This document shows, piece after piece, positions 18,143 through 27,862 of a stretch of 64,000 bases of DNA (positions are counted from its first letter, which is position 1; every line of letters starts with the position of its first letter). The position numbers were made by a program, and so were the translations under genes. The stretch is from a virus, in the IMG/VR virus record IMGVR_UViG_3300019762_000001, positions 16,701 through 80,700 of that record. One strand, 5' to 3'. A model generated the notes under the pieces. That model was not told the origin of the DNA. It ran no database searches and saw nothing but the letters and a program-made list of their open reading frames with translations.

Positions 18143-19012
18143 TTACTTTCCTAGTTTTTTATTATACTCCCGTTTGAAAGCCCTACGCTTAGATGGGGAG
18201 ATACAGTCCTCTGGATATGGTATACTCTCTTTATATAACTTTAGATCTTTTACTAGAAGTGGTTTTCTTCCAGAGATCTTTTCCCCCTTATCATTTTCTT
18301 GTAGTTGATTAACACTTCTCAAGTGCACCTTGTACCTAATAGTTTTTGGGTCCACGGTTTTAAAGTAGTGTAAAGTTTCCAAGATCTTTTTCTCGAATTT
18401 GGTTGGGTTCTTTTTCTTTCGGAATAATCTGTCTATACTCTTGTGGTTATCATACATCACAAATGACTCAGCAACTAGGTATATGTTAGGACAAAACATT
18501 TCCAATGATACGCTTTGATCAATCCCATATACATATTCAGCTATCCTCTGTACTAAGAGGAAATCGAATAGTAACCTCTTAGTTACTTCTGAAGATCTCA
18601 GGGTCATGTATAATACAGGTACATCCCTATCCACTCTTCGAGAGAATGTCAAGGTTAATAAGCACCCCTTACCAGAACCATGGGAGTTGTCAAACAAGTA
18701 ACTGATATTGTAGTTAGTTGCTCTCTTTTTCTCCCTGGCTAGTATCTGAGATTTGATTAGGTCAAGATAATCTAAGTGGAGGTAGTTATTTATTAACTTA
18801 GTCCACTTAGCTGTAGTATACCCAAATGTAGAACCAAAGTCAAATTCAGGATCTACCCAGACCTTATTAATTTTGATGTAATGGTTATAGGCAATAATCT
18901 CTGGCCCATACAGTGAGCCTCCAGTTTCCATTACCTCATCAGATTTAAGGGCTAAGTATTCATTAATACCCTCCCAGGCTTCCTGAGTGTTTGAAAATTC
19001 TAGTTCTTTCAT
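18143..19012 (-). CDS. Second, divergent thymidylate-synthase-fold protein
   Basis: KGCLLTLTF...LRSSEVTKRLLFD aligns with PC...RSxD...(N/D). Confidence 0.6.
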   Translation of the reverse strand: MKELEFSNTQEAWEGINEYLALKSDEVMETGGSLYGPEIIAYNHYIKINKVWVDPEFDFGSTFGYTTAKWTKLINNYLHLDYLDLIKSQILAREKKRATNYNISYLFDNSHGSGKGCLLTLTFSRRVDRDVPVLYMTLRSSEVTKRLLFDFLLVQRIAEYVYGIDQSVSLEMFCPNIYLVAESFVMYDNHKSIDRLFRKKKNPTKFEKKILETLHYFKTVDPKTIRYKVHLRSVNQLQENDKGEKISGRKPLLVKDLKLYKESIPYPEDCISPSKRRAFKREYNKKLGK

Positions 19013-19015
19013 CGA

Positions 19016-19801
19016 TTAGTATTTAGATTTTACTCTGAATAGATTGATACGGTTCTTTTTATAGTATACCTGTATGAATCCTAGTGGAGTCATTTGCAAT
19101 GTACCTAAGCATAGTTTAAAATAGATCGTAGCAGCTTCTATTAATCTACTCTTAAACTTATTCTCATCGGTCATTACCTGATGCTGTTTCCAGGGTTTAT
19201 TCTTTAGAACATTCTTGGCCATCTGGAGTTTGTAATTGAATTGCCAGTGGGATTCTATGAGTAATGCTGTGTACTCGGAATCTACCTCTCCAAGTATATC
19301 CCCAGCGGATAGGTAATCAATATGATTCGGGTATTCTCCGGCCAGGTTAAAGAGTTTGCAGGTAGAAACTGGTTTAGCAAACCCCCCATAGTACATTGTA
19401 CTCATAGGGTCTAGGTTGGTTTCATCACCCGCCATAGCTATTTCTAACTCCCTTGGTGTAACCCCAACATAAATCAGGGTCTCAAGTAGGAATGCAGTAG
19501 TATCCGCAATTTCCTCATTGAAACCAGCAAGGTTAGCTAAACTTCTTGTACCTAAGCTCATTAGCTTTTCGTAGTATTCCCAACCTTCCCCAAGTTCCTC
19601 AGCAATTCTGCCGATGAAATCTTTTAGGATAACCTGACTCTTAGGTTCGTGTGGATTGATTGGCCACTGTGGTAGTGATTCTACCCTTACATACTCAACC
19701 ATCAATTCTTTCTGAAGGTCGAATAACACTGATATACCATCCCCGTTGTGTATTTTACTTACCAATTCTTTGGGAAGATTAGGTGCTGATTGAATGTCCA
19801 T
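19016..19801 (-). CDS. Dimeric all-alpha dUTPase/dCTPase-like pyrophosphatase (T4 gp56-like)
   Basis: EELGE, EEIAD, KNKPWK and YYKKNRIN..R...Y motifs. Confidence 0.75.
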   Translation of the reverse strand: MDIQSAPNLPKELVSKIHNGDGISVLFDLQKELMVEYVRVESLPQWPINPHEPKSQVILKDFIGRIAEELGEGWEYYEKLMSLGTRSLANLAGFNEEIADTTAFLLETLIYVGVTPRELEIAMAGDETNLDPMSTMYYGGFAKPVSTCKLFNLAGEYPNHIDYLSAGDILGEVDSEYTALLIESHWQFNYKLQMAKNVLKNKPWKQHQVMTDENKFKSRLIEAATIYFKLCLGTLQMTPLGFIQVYYKKNRINLFRVKSKY

Positions 19802-19803
19802 GA

Positions 19804-20256
19804 TTAGCTTACTATTTTAAAATTGGTTAACTTATAATACTCGGCTTTAGCTACCTCCTTGGTAACTCCATACCTTTTAACAGCCCTCTTTATGGTTAGG
19901 TCTGAGTTTAGTTTTTTAGCAATCTTCTTTTTCATCCATATCCTCATCTCATGATTAGCTGATTTGGGTTTTTCATAAGGTTGCTCAAGATCTTTAAATG
20001 CTTGTTTCTTTTCAACAGCTGATCTTTCATTGTGTAGTTTCTGGCCCATAACAGCCTGGCATAACTCATTATCCCCGCATCTCCTACAAATAGAATCTGT
20101 GAGGTCATGTAGTTTACCAAAGCATGGGTCCTCAGATGATCCTAATTTAAAGATATCTGATGAGATGGGTTTCAACAAGTCTACCCCAGTTTCTGAGATA
20201 GTATTTCTTGCTTCCCTTTCACCCTCTGGTTTATTTACTTTTTTCTTCTTAGCCAT
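19804..20256 (-). CDS. Four-Cys metal-binding protein
   Basis: C-x11-C-x2-C-x5-C motif. Confidence 0.6.
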   Translation of the reverse strand: MAKKKKVNKPEGEREARNTISETGVDLLKPISSDIFKLGSSEDPCFGKLHDLTDSICRRCGDNELCQAVMGQKLHNERSAVEKKQAFKDLEQPYEKPKSANHEMRIWMKKKIAKKLNSDLTIKRAVKRYGVTKEVAKAEYYKLTNFKIVS

Positions 20257-21716
20257 TTTCTATATGCTTTTGTTTTTAATAGTACTTTCCTGTATAGTTG
20301 AATAACTTTAAACTTCTCTTGGATATAATAGTTAACCCTATGATTAGAATGTCTTTTAAGGTATGTTCCCTCATCCATGAAGTCTTCCATGTAGGTCTTC
20401 TTCTTTGACTCATGTTTTCTTTCACCTCGACCCATTATCTGTATTAGGTTCTCCTGTGAGTCACCAGCCCCGGCATTTAGGAGGCATTTCAGTAAGGGTA
20501 GGTTTTTACCGCGTTTAATGATCATGGATGAGATTAGTATGTCTATATCTCCATCCTTAAACATCTTTATAATGTCCTTTCTACCTTTAGTCTTATGGTG
20601 CACTGCAGCTATAGTATATTTACTCCCTAGCTGTTCTTCGAATAGTTCATGTAGTATTTCAATGTGCTCATGGAATTGAGCTACTACAAGTAATGGAAAT
20701 CTATTTCTCTGTAAGTTATATAAAGTTCTTATCAGTATCTTTAGATTTCTATCCCGGTTAGTAGTAATACCCTCATGGTATTGAGCCTGCCAATCATTAC
20801 CAGATAGCTTTTTGGTGTTACCAGGTGTTATCTTTATAACTAGTGGAGTGGAGTGCCCTAGTTTTACCAATTCTTCCTTTGTAATTACAAATCGTTCTGG
20901 CCCAAAGTAAGATTCTAAGTTAAGGTTTTTTGGTTTATCTTTAACCAACTTACTGGTAAAGATAGATCCTGATAATCCAACCCTGATTGTAGCATTTATA
21001 CAGGCTTCCAATACTCGTTTATAAGATTTGTTATCAGCAAGGTCAGCCTCATCTACCAGCACCATCTCATATTGAGCCAACATCCGTTTCATCTTTGCTA
21101 GGTTCTGTGAGATAGTTTGTACCATCCCAACTGTGAACCTGTTCCAGTCTTTCTCTTTACCCCTTACAAATCCAGCGTCATCCCCCACTAGCTCTGGTAT
21201 CTCAGTATGAAATTGGGTATAAAGATCTGAGTCATTGATTAATACTAGAGCTTTCTTTTTACGGCCAAAGGATTGATATATACCAGCTGTAATCATAGTT
21301 TTACCAGCATTTGTGGCAGCCTTTATAACCCCCCTATGCCATGGTATACTTGTACCTGGGATAGTGTTATGAACTATAGAGGAGATAGCCTCATGCTGAT
21401 ATGGTCTGGGAGTAAGTCCCCCGATTACGTCTGGGATAATAGGGTTCTTTTCTACATCATCTCGTTCATCAACATAGGTTATATCTACTTCGTACTTTTC
21501 TAAGAACTCAAGAACTCTATCCAGTAGCCCAGTCCTAAATGCCCCCCTATCATTTATATAGTGGAACATACCATCCCACCCTTTAGGCATATACCTCCGG
21601 ATATGGAAGGCGGATGGGTGTTTTACTGAGAAATACTTATAAGCTGCTAAGATAATCTTACGATCTCCGGTTAAGAAGCATTGCTTATTAGTGATACCGA
21701 TTTTTATTTTACTCAT
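20235..21716 (-). CDS. Superfamily 2 helicase (UvsW-like)
   Basis: RPYQ, ATNAGKT, DEAD, SGS and QIMGRGER. Confidence 0.9.
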   Translation of the reverse strand: MSKIKIGITNKQCFLTGDRKIILAAYKYFSVKHPSAFHIRRYMPKGWDGMFHYINDRGAFRTGLLDRVLEFLEKYEVDITYVDERDDVEKNPIIPDVIGGLTPRPYQHEAISSIVHNTIPGTSIPWHRGVIKAATNAGKTMITAGIYQSFGRKKKALVLINDSDLYTQFHTEIPELVGDDAGFVRGKEKDWNRFTVGMVQTISQNLAKMKRMLAQYEMVLVDEADLADNKSYKRVLEACINATIRVGLSGSIFTSKLVKDKPKNLNLESYFGPERFVITKEELVKLGHSTPLVIKITPGNTKKLSGNDWQAQYHEGITTNRDRNLKILIRTLYNLQRNRFPLLVVAQFHEHIEILHELFEEQLGSKYTIAAVHHKTKGRKDIIKMFKDGDIDILISSMIIKRGKNLPLLKCLLNAGAGDSQENLIQIMGRGERKHESKKKTYMEDFMDEGTYLKRHSNHRVNYYIQEKFKVIQLYRKVLLKTKAYRKWLRRKK

Positions 21717-22563
21717 TACTCATGGATTTTAAAGTATCCCAGAAATTACTGTTATCTTTCTTCTTTCTCTCAGGATTTACTTTTAAGTTGTTTTCATATA
21801 GATATTTAGATAATCTCTTCTTTGCTGCATCACCCACTAATTGTACAGGATCTGGTATACCATCTCTATAACTGAACCCAGCAAACTGAGCTTCTAGGTA
21901 ATCCTTATAGGTTACTCCTATCTCTTCAGCTATCATACGGGTTTTATAGAAGTATAGGTATTTCTCCCTATTGTCTAAGTAGGATTCTCCCATGCCAGTT
22001 TTCTGGTAAATCTTCTGAACGTAGTAATCGTGGATTGATTTGGTTGCATTTGGTTTATCATCATCCTTCAGTATTAGGTCAGCTTCATAGGAACTAGCTA
22101 TACCCTCGTACATATTAGGGATTTTGTTTAATGAGAATTTTTGCATTTTACTAAGGGCCTTAGTAATGTAGATAGTGAAGCCCTCTTTTTTTGAAAGCTG
22201 AAATGAATTGGAGAAGTCTAAGGCCTGTGCAGTTATTTCTTTTATTATACCCCATTCCCGGGCATTTTGGTTTATCAACCTAACCCCCCGGTGTTTAGCT
22301 TTTACTCTTGAGGCATGTATAATCTTGGACATTAGGTATGCGTCACTCTTATCGGATTTTAGTATGGTGTTAGCTTTTCTCTCCATCCTCTCATTGGTTA
22401 TTACCATTGATCGATTTACTAGGGAATATCTCTTGGACTCTGTAGATATGTCCATTGCTAGTTGTTTACTATTAAAGTTAAGTAGTTTATCCCCCTCTAA
22501 TAACTTCTCTAATACTAGAACTAAGTCCGATTCCTTGATATGTATGCTAGGATCTCTTCTCAT
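21709..22563 (-). CDS. Hypothetical replication-module protein
   Basis: 284 aa, overlapping both the primase and helicase genes. Confidence 0.7.
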   Translation of the reverse strand: MRRDPSIHIKESDLVLVLEKLLEGDKLLNFNSKQLAMDISTESKRYSLVNRSMVITNERMERKANTILKSDKSDAYLMSKIIHASRVKAKHRGVRLINQNAREWGIIKEITAQALDFSNSFQLSKKEGFTIYITKALSKMQKFSLNKIPNMYEGIASSYEADLILKDDDKPNATKSIHDYYVQKIYQKTGMGESYLDNREKYLYFYKTRMIAEEIGVTYKDYLEAQFAGFSYRDGIPDPVQLVGDAAKKRLSKYLYENNLKVNPERKKKDNSNFWDTLKSMSNE

Positions 22564-23509
22564 GTTGTAGCTGTATTTTAAGTTTTAATAAATCCATATG
22601 GCTCATCCATTCAGCCTGTTGCTCTAGGGCTTTAGTAGATGGTTTCCCTATATCATTAACATCCTTTTCTTCAGGTAATAGGAGTACCTTTAGTTTCTTA
22701 TGGAATGATAATTCCATGGCTAACTCGATAGCCTCTTTAAGAGCATCTGGGTCCAGTATGATAACTATCTTCTCAGCTTTTGAGGATAATATCTTATCCT
22801 TTTGCCATGGTGATAGTTTCTTACCACCGGCCCCTATTGCATGATCACCTAGGGTTTCCGCATTTATTGCCGACTCTACTAGGTAAATCTTTTTGTATAG
22901 GTTTAAAGCACTTATATTATATATAGCCATAGATTTACCAAGGCCAATATCTTCCTTTGTGGGGTTGTTAAACTTTGGGCCATTGCCTATTACCCTACGG
23001 GCATTAAAATATACTACCTTACCATTGACAAAGTATGGGATAATTAAATGCCCTTTATATTTACCCTTAGTACAGTATCCCCAGCCCTTTAGAGCAACTT
23101 TGTTTGGGTTAAACCCCCGCTTTTGAACATACCTCCTCATCACTTTAGCCATTTCACTTGAGCCTAAAGAAAGTATCCGATATGATTCTGGTAATATAGA
23201 ATCTACCTTTGGAGCAACTAGCTCATACTTTGGTTCTTTGTACTCGAGTTGTTCTTGCTTATTAAGTATTTTAAAAGCCTCGTTATACTCAACCCTTTCA
23301 AATTTTGCAATCAGTTCTATGAGTCGTGGCTTATGGCCACATACAAAGCAATTACTCTTATTACTTCCGATGTGAACTCCGAACTTATCATGCTTACCGC
23401 ACTTTGGGCAATCTCCCTTAAGCCAACCATTCCGATACTTGTGCATACCCATACGGGTTAGGAAGTATCGGAATAATTTATTTTTTGTTTCTCTAGTGAA
23501 CCTAGCCAA
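22547..23509 (-). CDS. DNA primase (zinc finger + TOPRIM)
   Basis: CPKC...CFVC, LVES and LDPDA/KDVND. Confidence 0.9.
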   Translation of the reverse strand: MARFTRETKNKLFRYFLTRMGMHKYRNGWLKGDCPKCGKHDKFGVHIGSNKSNCFVCGHKPRLIELIAKFERVEYNEAFKILNKQEQLEYKEPKYELVAPKVDSILPESYRILSLGSSEMAKVMRRYVQKRGFNPNKVALKGWGYCTKGKYKGHLIIPYFVNGKVVYFNARRVIGNGPKFNNPTKEDIGLGKSMAIYNISALNLYKKIYLVESAINAETLGDHAIGAGGKKLSPWQKDKILSSKAEKIVIILDPDALKEAIELAMELSFHKKLKVLLLPEEKDVNDIGKPSTKALEQQAEWMSHMDLLKLKIQLQHEKRS

Positions 23510-24938
23510 GATCCCCTCCTTTCTTTATCTTATCGTTACCCTCATCCGAGGTATTATAACCAGATAGTTTATCACCTGAGAATCCAGCCCAGTTCTCATT
23601 CCAAAGTTTCCTTTGATCAGAGGTAAACTCTGTCATAACCTGTGTAGCTTCTTTTACCATGAATAGAGCTCTTCCCTCCTGGAGTCCATCTCGTTGCTCT
23701 ATTAGTTCCATCCTCATTACACCCTGCTCAACTTCTTCTTCAGATCTGTTTAGTCCGAACATAGCATGTACATGTCTACCGATCTCTGTACACTTTGCTA
23801 AGTCATTTGATTCATACCTTGTTGCCCGTTTTTTGTAAGCATCTGCTTTAACATGATGAGGTGTCCAGGTATGTATGATATCTCGTTCATTGGCTAAGTT
23901 AGCTATATCCAGGTAAGCATCTGAGATACGATTATGGTCATCTATCTTTCCAGATATAGCAGCCATAAGCCCAAGGTAGTCAATGATTAGTATTTCTGGT
24001 TCAAAGTTGTTTTCCCTTTTCTGCTCATCGAGTACTGCCCTAAAGTCATTAGCTGTACTAAATGCTGGCATCCTTTTGATAAATACTTCTCCACCTAGCC
24101 TTTTATATTTACGTAACCTTTTCTGTACTTCTTTATCGTATTGGCCACTCATTAATTCACGTTTGTTTTTATTCATGATGGATTGTTCCAAACGTAAGGT
24201 AAATCCATCCTGGCCATTCTCAAGGTCAAATACTGCTATCTTATACTTCCTCTTGAGATAACCCCGGATAATATTAACCATTGCCCCCGTCTTAAACTTC
24301 TTTGGCCTATCGACTATTACTATGATAGAACCCCTTTCATAGCCACCGGCATTGGTTAGGTCGTTTATTTGCTTGAACGGAGTTGGTATAATAACTCCCT
24401 CTGTTTGCCTTTCAGCCTGACGATTCTTGATATCCTTGATTAGATAAGTTCCCTCATCTTTTTTCTGTTTAAGCTTTGGAGCAACAGCTTTTTGTACTTT
24501 CTGAGATAGCTGGCTATACTCGTGGTAATTGGTTAGATCCGCATTTTCTACTAAGTCTTTTAGCTCAACAAATTGAGCAAACTTTTCAGCTTTCTTTAGA
24601 ATCTCTAGACCATCTTCTGCGTGCTTAGAGTATAAATCTTTAACTATACCATTTATCTCACTAGTATCTTCCTTAGTTAAATGCTCAGCATATTCCTGCA
24701 TTAAGTAAACTTCTCTTAATTCCTCTAAGAGAATGGATTTACTTGGGATCTTTCTGTTTTTCTTAAAATACTTCTTTAGTGCATAGGCAATTATATTGTG
24801 TTGTAATAAAGTAAAATAATGATACTCATAAAGAGCTACCACTTTAGGGCCTAATACCCTGTCAGTTAAAGTAAACCTTAATAAGTCTTCTTGGAATTCC
24901 GAGGTAAACTCGAATTTAATTCCCTTATTTTTAGCCAT
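23502..24938 (-). CDS. DnaB-like replicative helicase
   Basis: PTPFKQINDLT..GY, FDLEN, IIDYLGLM; the Walker A is atypical (DRPKKFKT). Confidence 0.85.
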   Translation of the reverse strand: MAKNKGIKFEFTSEFQEDLLRFTLTDRVLGPKVVALYEYHYFTLLQHNIIAYALKKYFKKNRKIPSKSILLEELREVYLMQEYAEHLTKEDTSEINGIVKDLYSKHAEDGLEILKKAEKFAQFVELKDLVENADLTNYHEYSQLSQKVQKAVAPKLKQKKDEGTYLIKDIKNRQAERQTEGVIIPTPFKQINDLTNAGGYERGSIIVIVDRPKKFKTGAMVNIIRGYLKRKYKIAVFDLENGQDGFTLRLEQSIMNKNKRELMSGQYDKEVQKRLRKYKRLGGEVFIKRMPAFSTANDFRAVLDEQKRENNFEPEILIIDYLGLMAAISGKIDDHNRISDAYLDIANLANERDIIHTWTPHHVKADAYKKRATRYESNDLAKCTEIGRHVHAMFGLNRSEEEVEQGVMRMELIEQRDGLQEGRALFMVKEATQVMTEFTSDQRKLWNENWAGFSGDKLSGYNTSDEGNDKIKKGGDLG

Positions 24939-24997
24939 GTTTTAATAGTTTAGTATTGCAGTATCATAATAGTATTCCTGGATTTAGTATATATTCC

Positions 24998-25012
24998 TAC
25001 TGGAGTCCAGTA
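24998..25012. promoter_or_regulatory. Palindromic operator candidate between divergent genes
   Basis: TACTGGA-G-TCCAGTA. Confidence 0.4.
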
Positions 25013-25049
25013 AGTTAGCTATAGGTAGATTCAATTTATACCCTGTAAT

Positions 25050-25081
25050 TCTTTTTTACTTGAGAATTTTAGATATATTTG
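25050..25081 (+). promoter_or_regulatory. Promoter of the sigma-like gene
   Basis: TATATTTG at 25074-25081; no clear -33 TTG. Confidence 0.6.
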
Positions 25082-25136
25082 TAAAGTTATTAATAAACAA
25101 ACATATGCTTATATAGTATATAAAACTAAAGTTATT

Positions 25137-25778
25137 ATGGAATTACATCGATTAAAGCCCCTTAAGGATGGCTTCCCAGAAGAGCTCTTCAATAAGATCT
25201 ATCTGGAAGTTCAACCCCTTAAGCACAAACTAATCTCTGGCATAGACTGCAGGAGATTGGGAGTTTCAAAGGATATAGTTGAATCCTGGTTTGATGATAA
25301 AATACTTTATGTGTTTAATAAGTATTTTGATGAGAAGCCGGACACAATAAAAGGCTATGTGCTTAGCTCCCTATCAACATTTAAGTATAGGGTTTTGAGA
25401 AAAGCCTACCAGGCGGATATTCATGAGAATTTGGTAGAGCTAGAGGGTGAGAAAGAACTCATTAATATTATACCAGATGAAAGTGAGATGAATGAAGCGG
25501 AGTTATTCTTAGAGTTAGCCCATTCCTTTATGCAGAAGGCATTAACCGAGGATGCTTTATTGGTTTATGAACTCCAATTAAATCCCCCACCGTTTATTTT
25601 AAAACGGCTAAAAAACCCAAACTCAAGGATACCAACTTGTTTATTGTCGGATTTCTTGGGTTTGGGCGATAGTAGAGATTCTTTAGATTACGTTAATAGC
25701 TTGAGGGAGGAAATTACCATGGCTATAAAACAAGCTAGGGAGTACTTTAAAGAATCTGGTGTTTGCTTAGTTGAGTAA
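25137..25778 (+). CDS. Putative phage RNA polymerase sigma factor
   Basis: Region-2-like LFNKIY...DIVESWFDDKILYVFNKY...KGYVLSSLSTFKYRVLRK and a region-4-like C-terminus; the only plus-strand gene between the replication and virion modules. Confidence 0.55.
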   Translation: MELHRLKPLKDGFPEELFNKIYLEVQPLKHKLISGIDCRRLGVSKDIVESWFDDKILYVFNKYFDEKPDTIKGYVLSSLSTFKYRVLRKAYQADIHENLVELEGEKELINIIPDESEMNEAELFLELAHSFMQKALTEDALLVYELQLNPPPFILKRLKNPNSRIPTCLLSDFLGLGDSRDSLDYVNSLREEITMAIKQAREYFKESGVCLVE

Positions 25779-25781
25779 CCC

Positions 25782-27527
25782 CTAATATCTTTGGACTACT
25801 CTTACTACGGTTATGGTAGATGGGTCTTCTTTAGCTGATATTTGGATTAAAGCCGTCCTATCTACTCTAAGTGGATTAGATGTTATAGAGAATGTTATTC
25901 GGGGTTGGCCCGGTAAACCCCAAGCCCAGCTTACCCAGCCTGGTGCATTGAATGTACCATCTGGGTTTGGTGGGTAGGTAATAACTGGGGAATTAACTCC
26001 TCGGTCTGACCCAATAACATCGATATCGATGATGTTACCGTAGTGAGCCCCTCTATCAAATACAAAATCCCCTGGGGTAGCTGTAATAAATAGGGATGAT
26101 GATTCTTGTTTTACTGCTATATCCAGGGTAATAGATGGATCATCAGTAGACCTAATCGTTATTACTCCCCCTATGCCAGCTTTACCCGAGTTTGGAGTAG
26201 TTGGTATTACCTCAAGTGTATCACCTGTATTATAGTCTGTATCTAAGCTTTTATCTAGAGTTATAAATACTGGCTTAGCTATCACTCGCCATTTTTGGGT
26301 ATCACCACCGGTTACGCTTAAGGTGATTGTTTTAGGGAGCCCTGGTACAGCCTCAAATTCTAGCAGGTTTGAAGAAGTAGCTAAAGTAACAGGGTCTGGT
26401 AATGGGTTTGGAGTCCCAATTGGTGAAAAATTGTCAATAACCCATTGTTGTATATTTGCTATGAGGTCCGAGTGTTGCTTATTAATTTGAGCCCTGGTAT
26501 ATACATCATCAGAGTTAGCCTTCCTATCAACTGAGCTCCTTAAAAAATCCAGTTGCTTATGTATATAAGTATGTGCCGGTACCCATTTCTCAAGGTTATA
26601 AGCCAAGGAGATAGCCCCAGCAGGTCCTGTTAATTCTAACTTACCATAGTTAACCCCTGTACCCCCCAGTTTATCTAAGTTACCACCTATGGATAGATAT
26701 ACAAGTTTAGATGTATTGTTTACTAAGAATATAACAGTGTTAGCTCTAAGGTTAAAGCTATCAGCTACTATATTTTCTATAACACTATTTGTGGCTATAC
26801 TGGGGGGCAATTTAAAGATATTACCATCATCTCCTATAGTAAGGGTTTTAGTAGCTGAATCATAGGTACAAGTGCCCTCAGATTCTGTATTAGTTACTCC
26901 CTGATATAGGTTATAGGTTTTACCGTTAAGGGGTTGAGTTATAGCAGAACTTTGTATATCCTTCTCAAGTTTTGAAAGCCTGCCAGCATCTGAGAATTCC
27001 GGAGTTACTTCTGGGTGATAGAAAATTTGGTCGATAGTGTTTGCTCCTGCTGGTACATCTATTACACCAAGTACTACTTGAGAAAGTGGACTAGTGTACG
27101 CAGGGGCTACTGGTGTATCTGCTGGAGTACCCTTTATTACTAAGTAAGTTGGGGGGTTTACTCCAGGTATGTTGTCTTTATATAGGTGTTCTAATACCAC
27201 TATATCCCTACGACCTTTAGTATCTGTGTTATAGTCTATCACAAGAGAGGCTATACTAACCTCTCCCTCTTCGTGGATGATAGTACCTTGGGGAGTTATT
27301 GATATCCCGGTTCTATCACTTAATAGCCCATCTTTGGTTTTTATTATGACACCAGTGCTATCATGTGAGAGTTTAAAAGATATCTTACCCCCCACTGGAG
27401 TACCAGGTTTTATAGTGTCAAAACCACGATATCTACCTGGGGGCATTATACCAGACCTCTCTAATAGCCTATCCCAGGATAATACCGGATCTTTATACTT
27501 ACTGAATTGCCTTGAATTGGTTGACAT
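25782..27527 (-). CDS. Tail fibre / baseplate protein with C-terminal BACON-like domains
   Basis: N-terminal fibre-anchor pattern (RRDIVVL...LGVIDVPAG); two Ig-like units ending IAVKQE and RTALIQI...VRVVQR. Confidence 0.65.
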   Translation of the reverse strand: MSTNSRQFSKYKDPVLSWDRLLERSGIMPPGRYRGFDTIKPGTPVGGKISFKLSHDSTGVIIKTKDGLLSDRTGISITPQGTIIHEEGEVSIASLVIDYNTDTKGRRDIVVLEHLYKDNIPGVNPPTYLVIKGTPADTPVAPAYTSPLSQVVLGVIDVPAGANTIDQIFYHPEVTPEFSDAGRLSKLEKDIQSSAITQPLNGKTYNLYQGVTNTESEGTCTYDSATKTLTIGDDGNIFKLPPSIATNSVIENIVADSFNLRANTVIFLVNNTSKLVYLSIGGNLDKLGGTGVNYGKLELTGPAGAISLAYNLEKWVPAHTYIHKQLDFLRSSVDRKANSDDVYTRAQINKQHSDLIANIQQWVIDNFSPIGTPNPLPDPVTLATSSNLLEFEAVPGLPKTITLSVTGGDTQKWRVIAKPVFITLDKSLDTDYNTGDTLEVIPTTPNSGKAGIGGVITIRSTDDPSITLDIAVKQESSSLFITATPGDFVFDRGAHYGNIIDIDVIGSDRGVNSPVITYPPNPDGTFNAPGWVSWAWGLPGQPRITFSITSNPLRVDRTALIQISAKEDPSTITVVRVVQRY

Positions 27528-27790
27528 TATTTAGAAGTTTTAAATAGTTTCTTTATAAGTTTCTTTAATAGTTTGTAGAGTTCTCCTACCAAAATACCCA
27601 CTAATGAACCAACAGCTGCTAGTATTATAGTATCGGTTAGCCCAGGTACTGTGATTTCTAGTAGGATTACTTTGTGACTGACCCCATACAGTACACCGCC
27701 TACCCCGCCGGAGCTGGATAGGAAATGTTTCTGTATTGCAGGGTATAGTTTTTCTGATAGTGGTTCTAAGAATCGGATTATTGAGTCCAT
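27527..27790 (-). CDS. Small membrane protein, possible holin
   Basis: Hydrophobic segments and a strongly basic C-terminus. Confidence 0.45.
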   Translation of the reverse strand: MDSIIRFLEPLSEKLYPAIQKHFLSSSGGVGGVLYGVSHKVILLEITVPGLTDTIILAAVGSLVGILVGELYKLLKKLIKKLFKTSK

Positions 27791-27862
27791 GTAGAGAGCG
27801 TTAAGAAGTTATGTATACTAATACATAATTGAGATTGTATTACTAGGCTTTATTGTGTAGCT

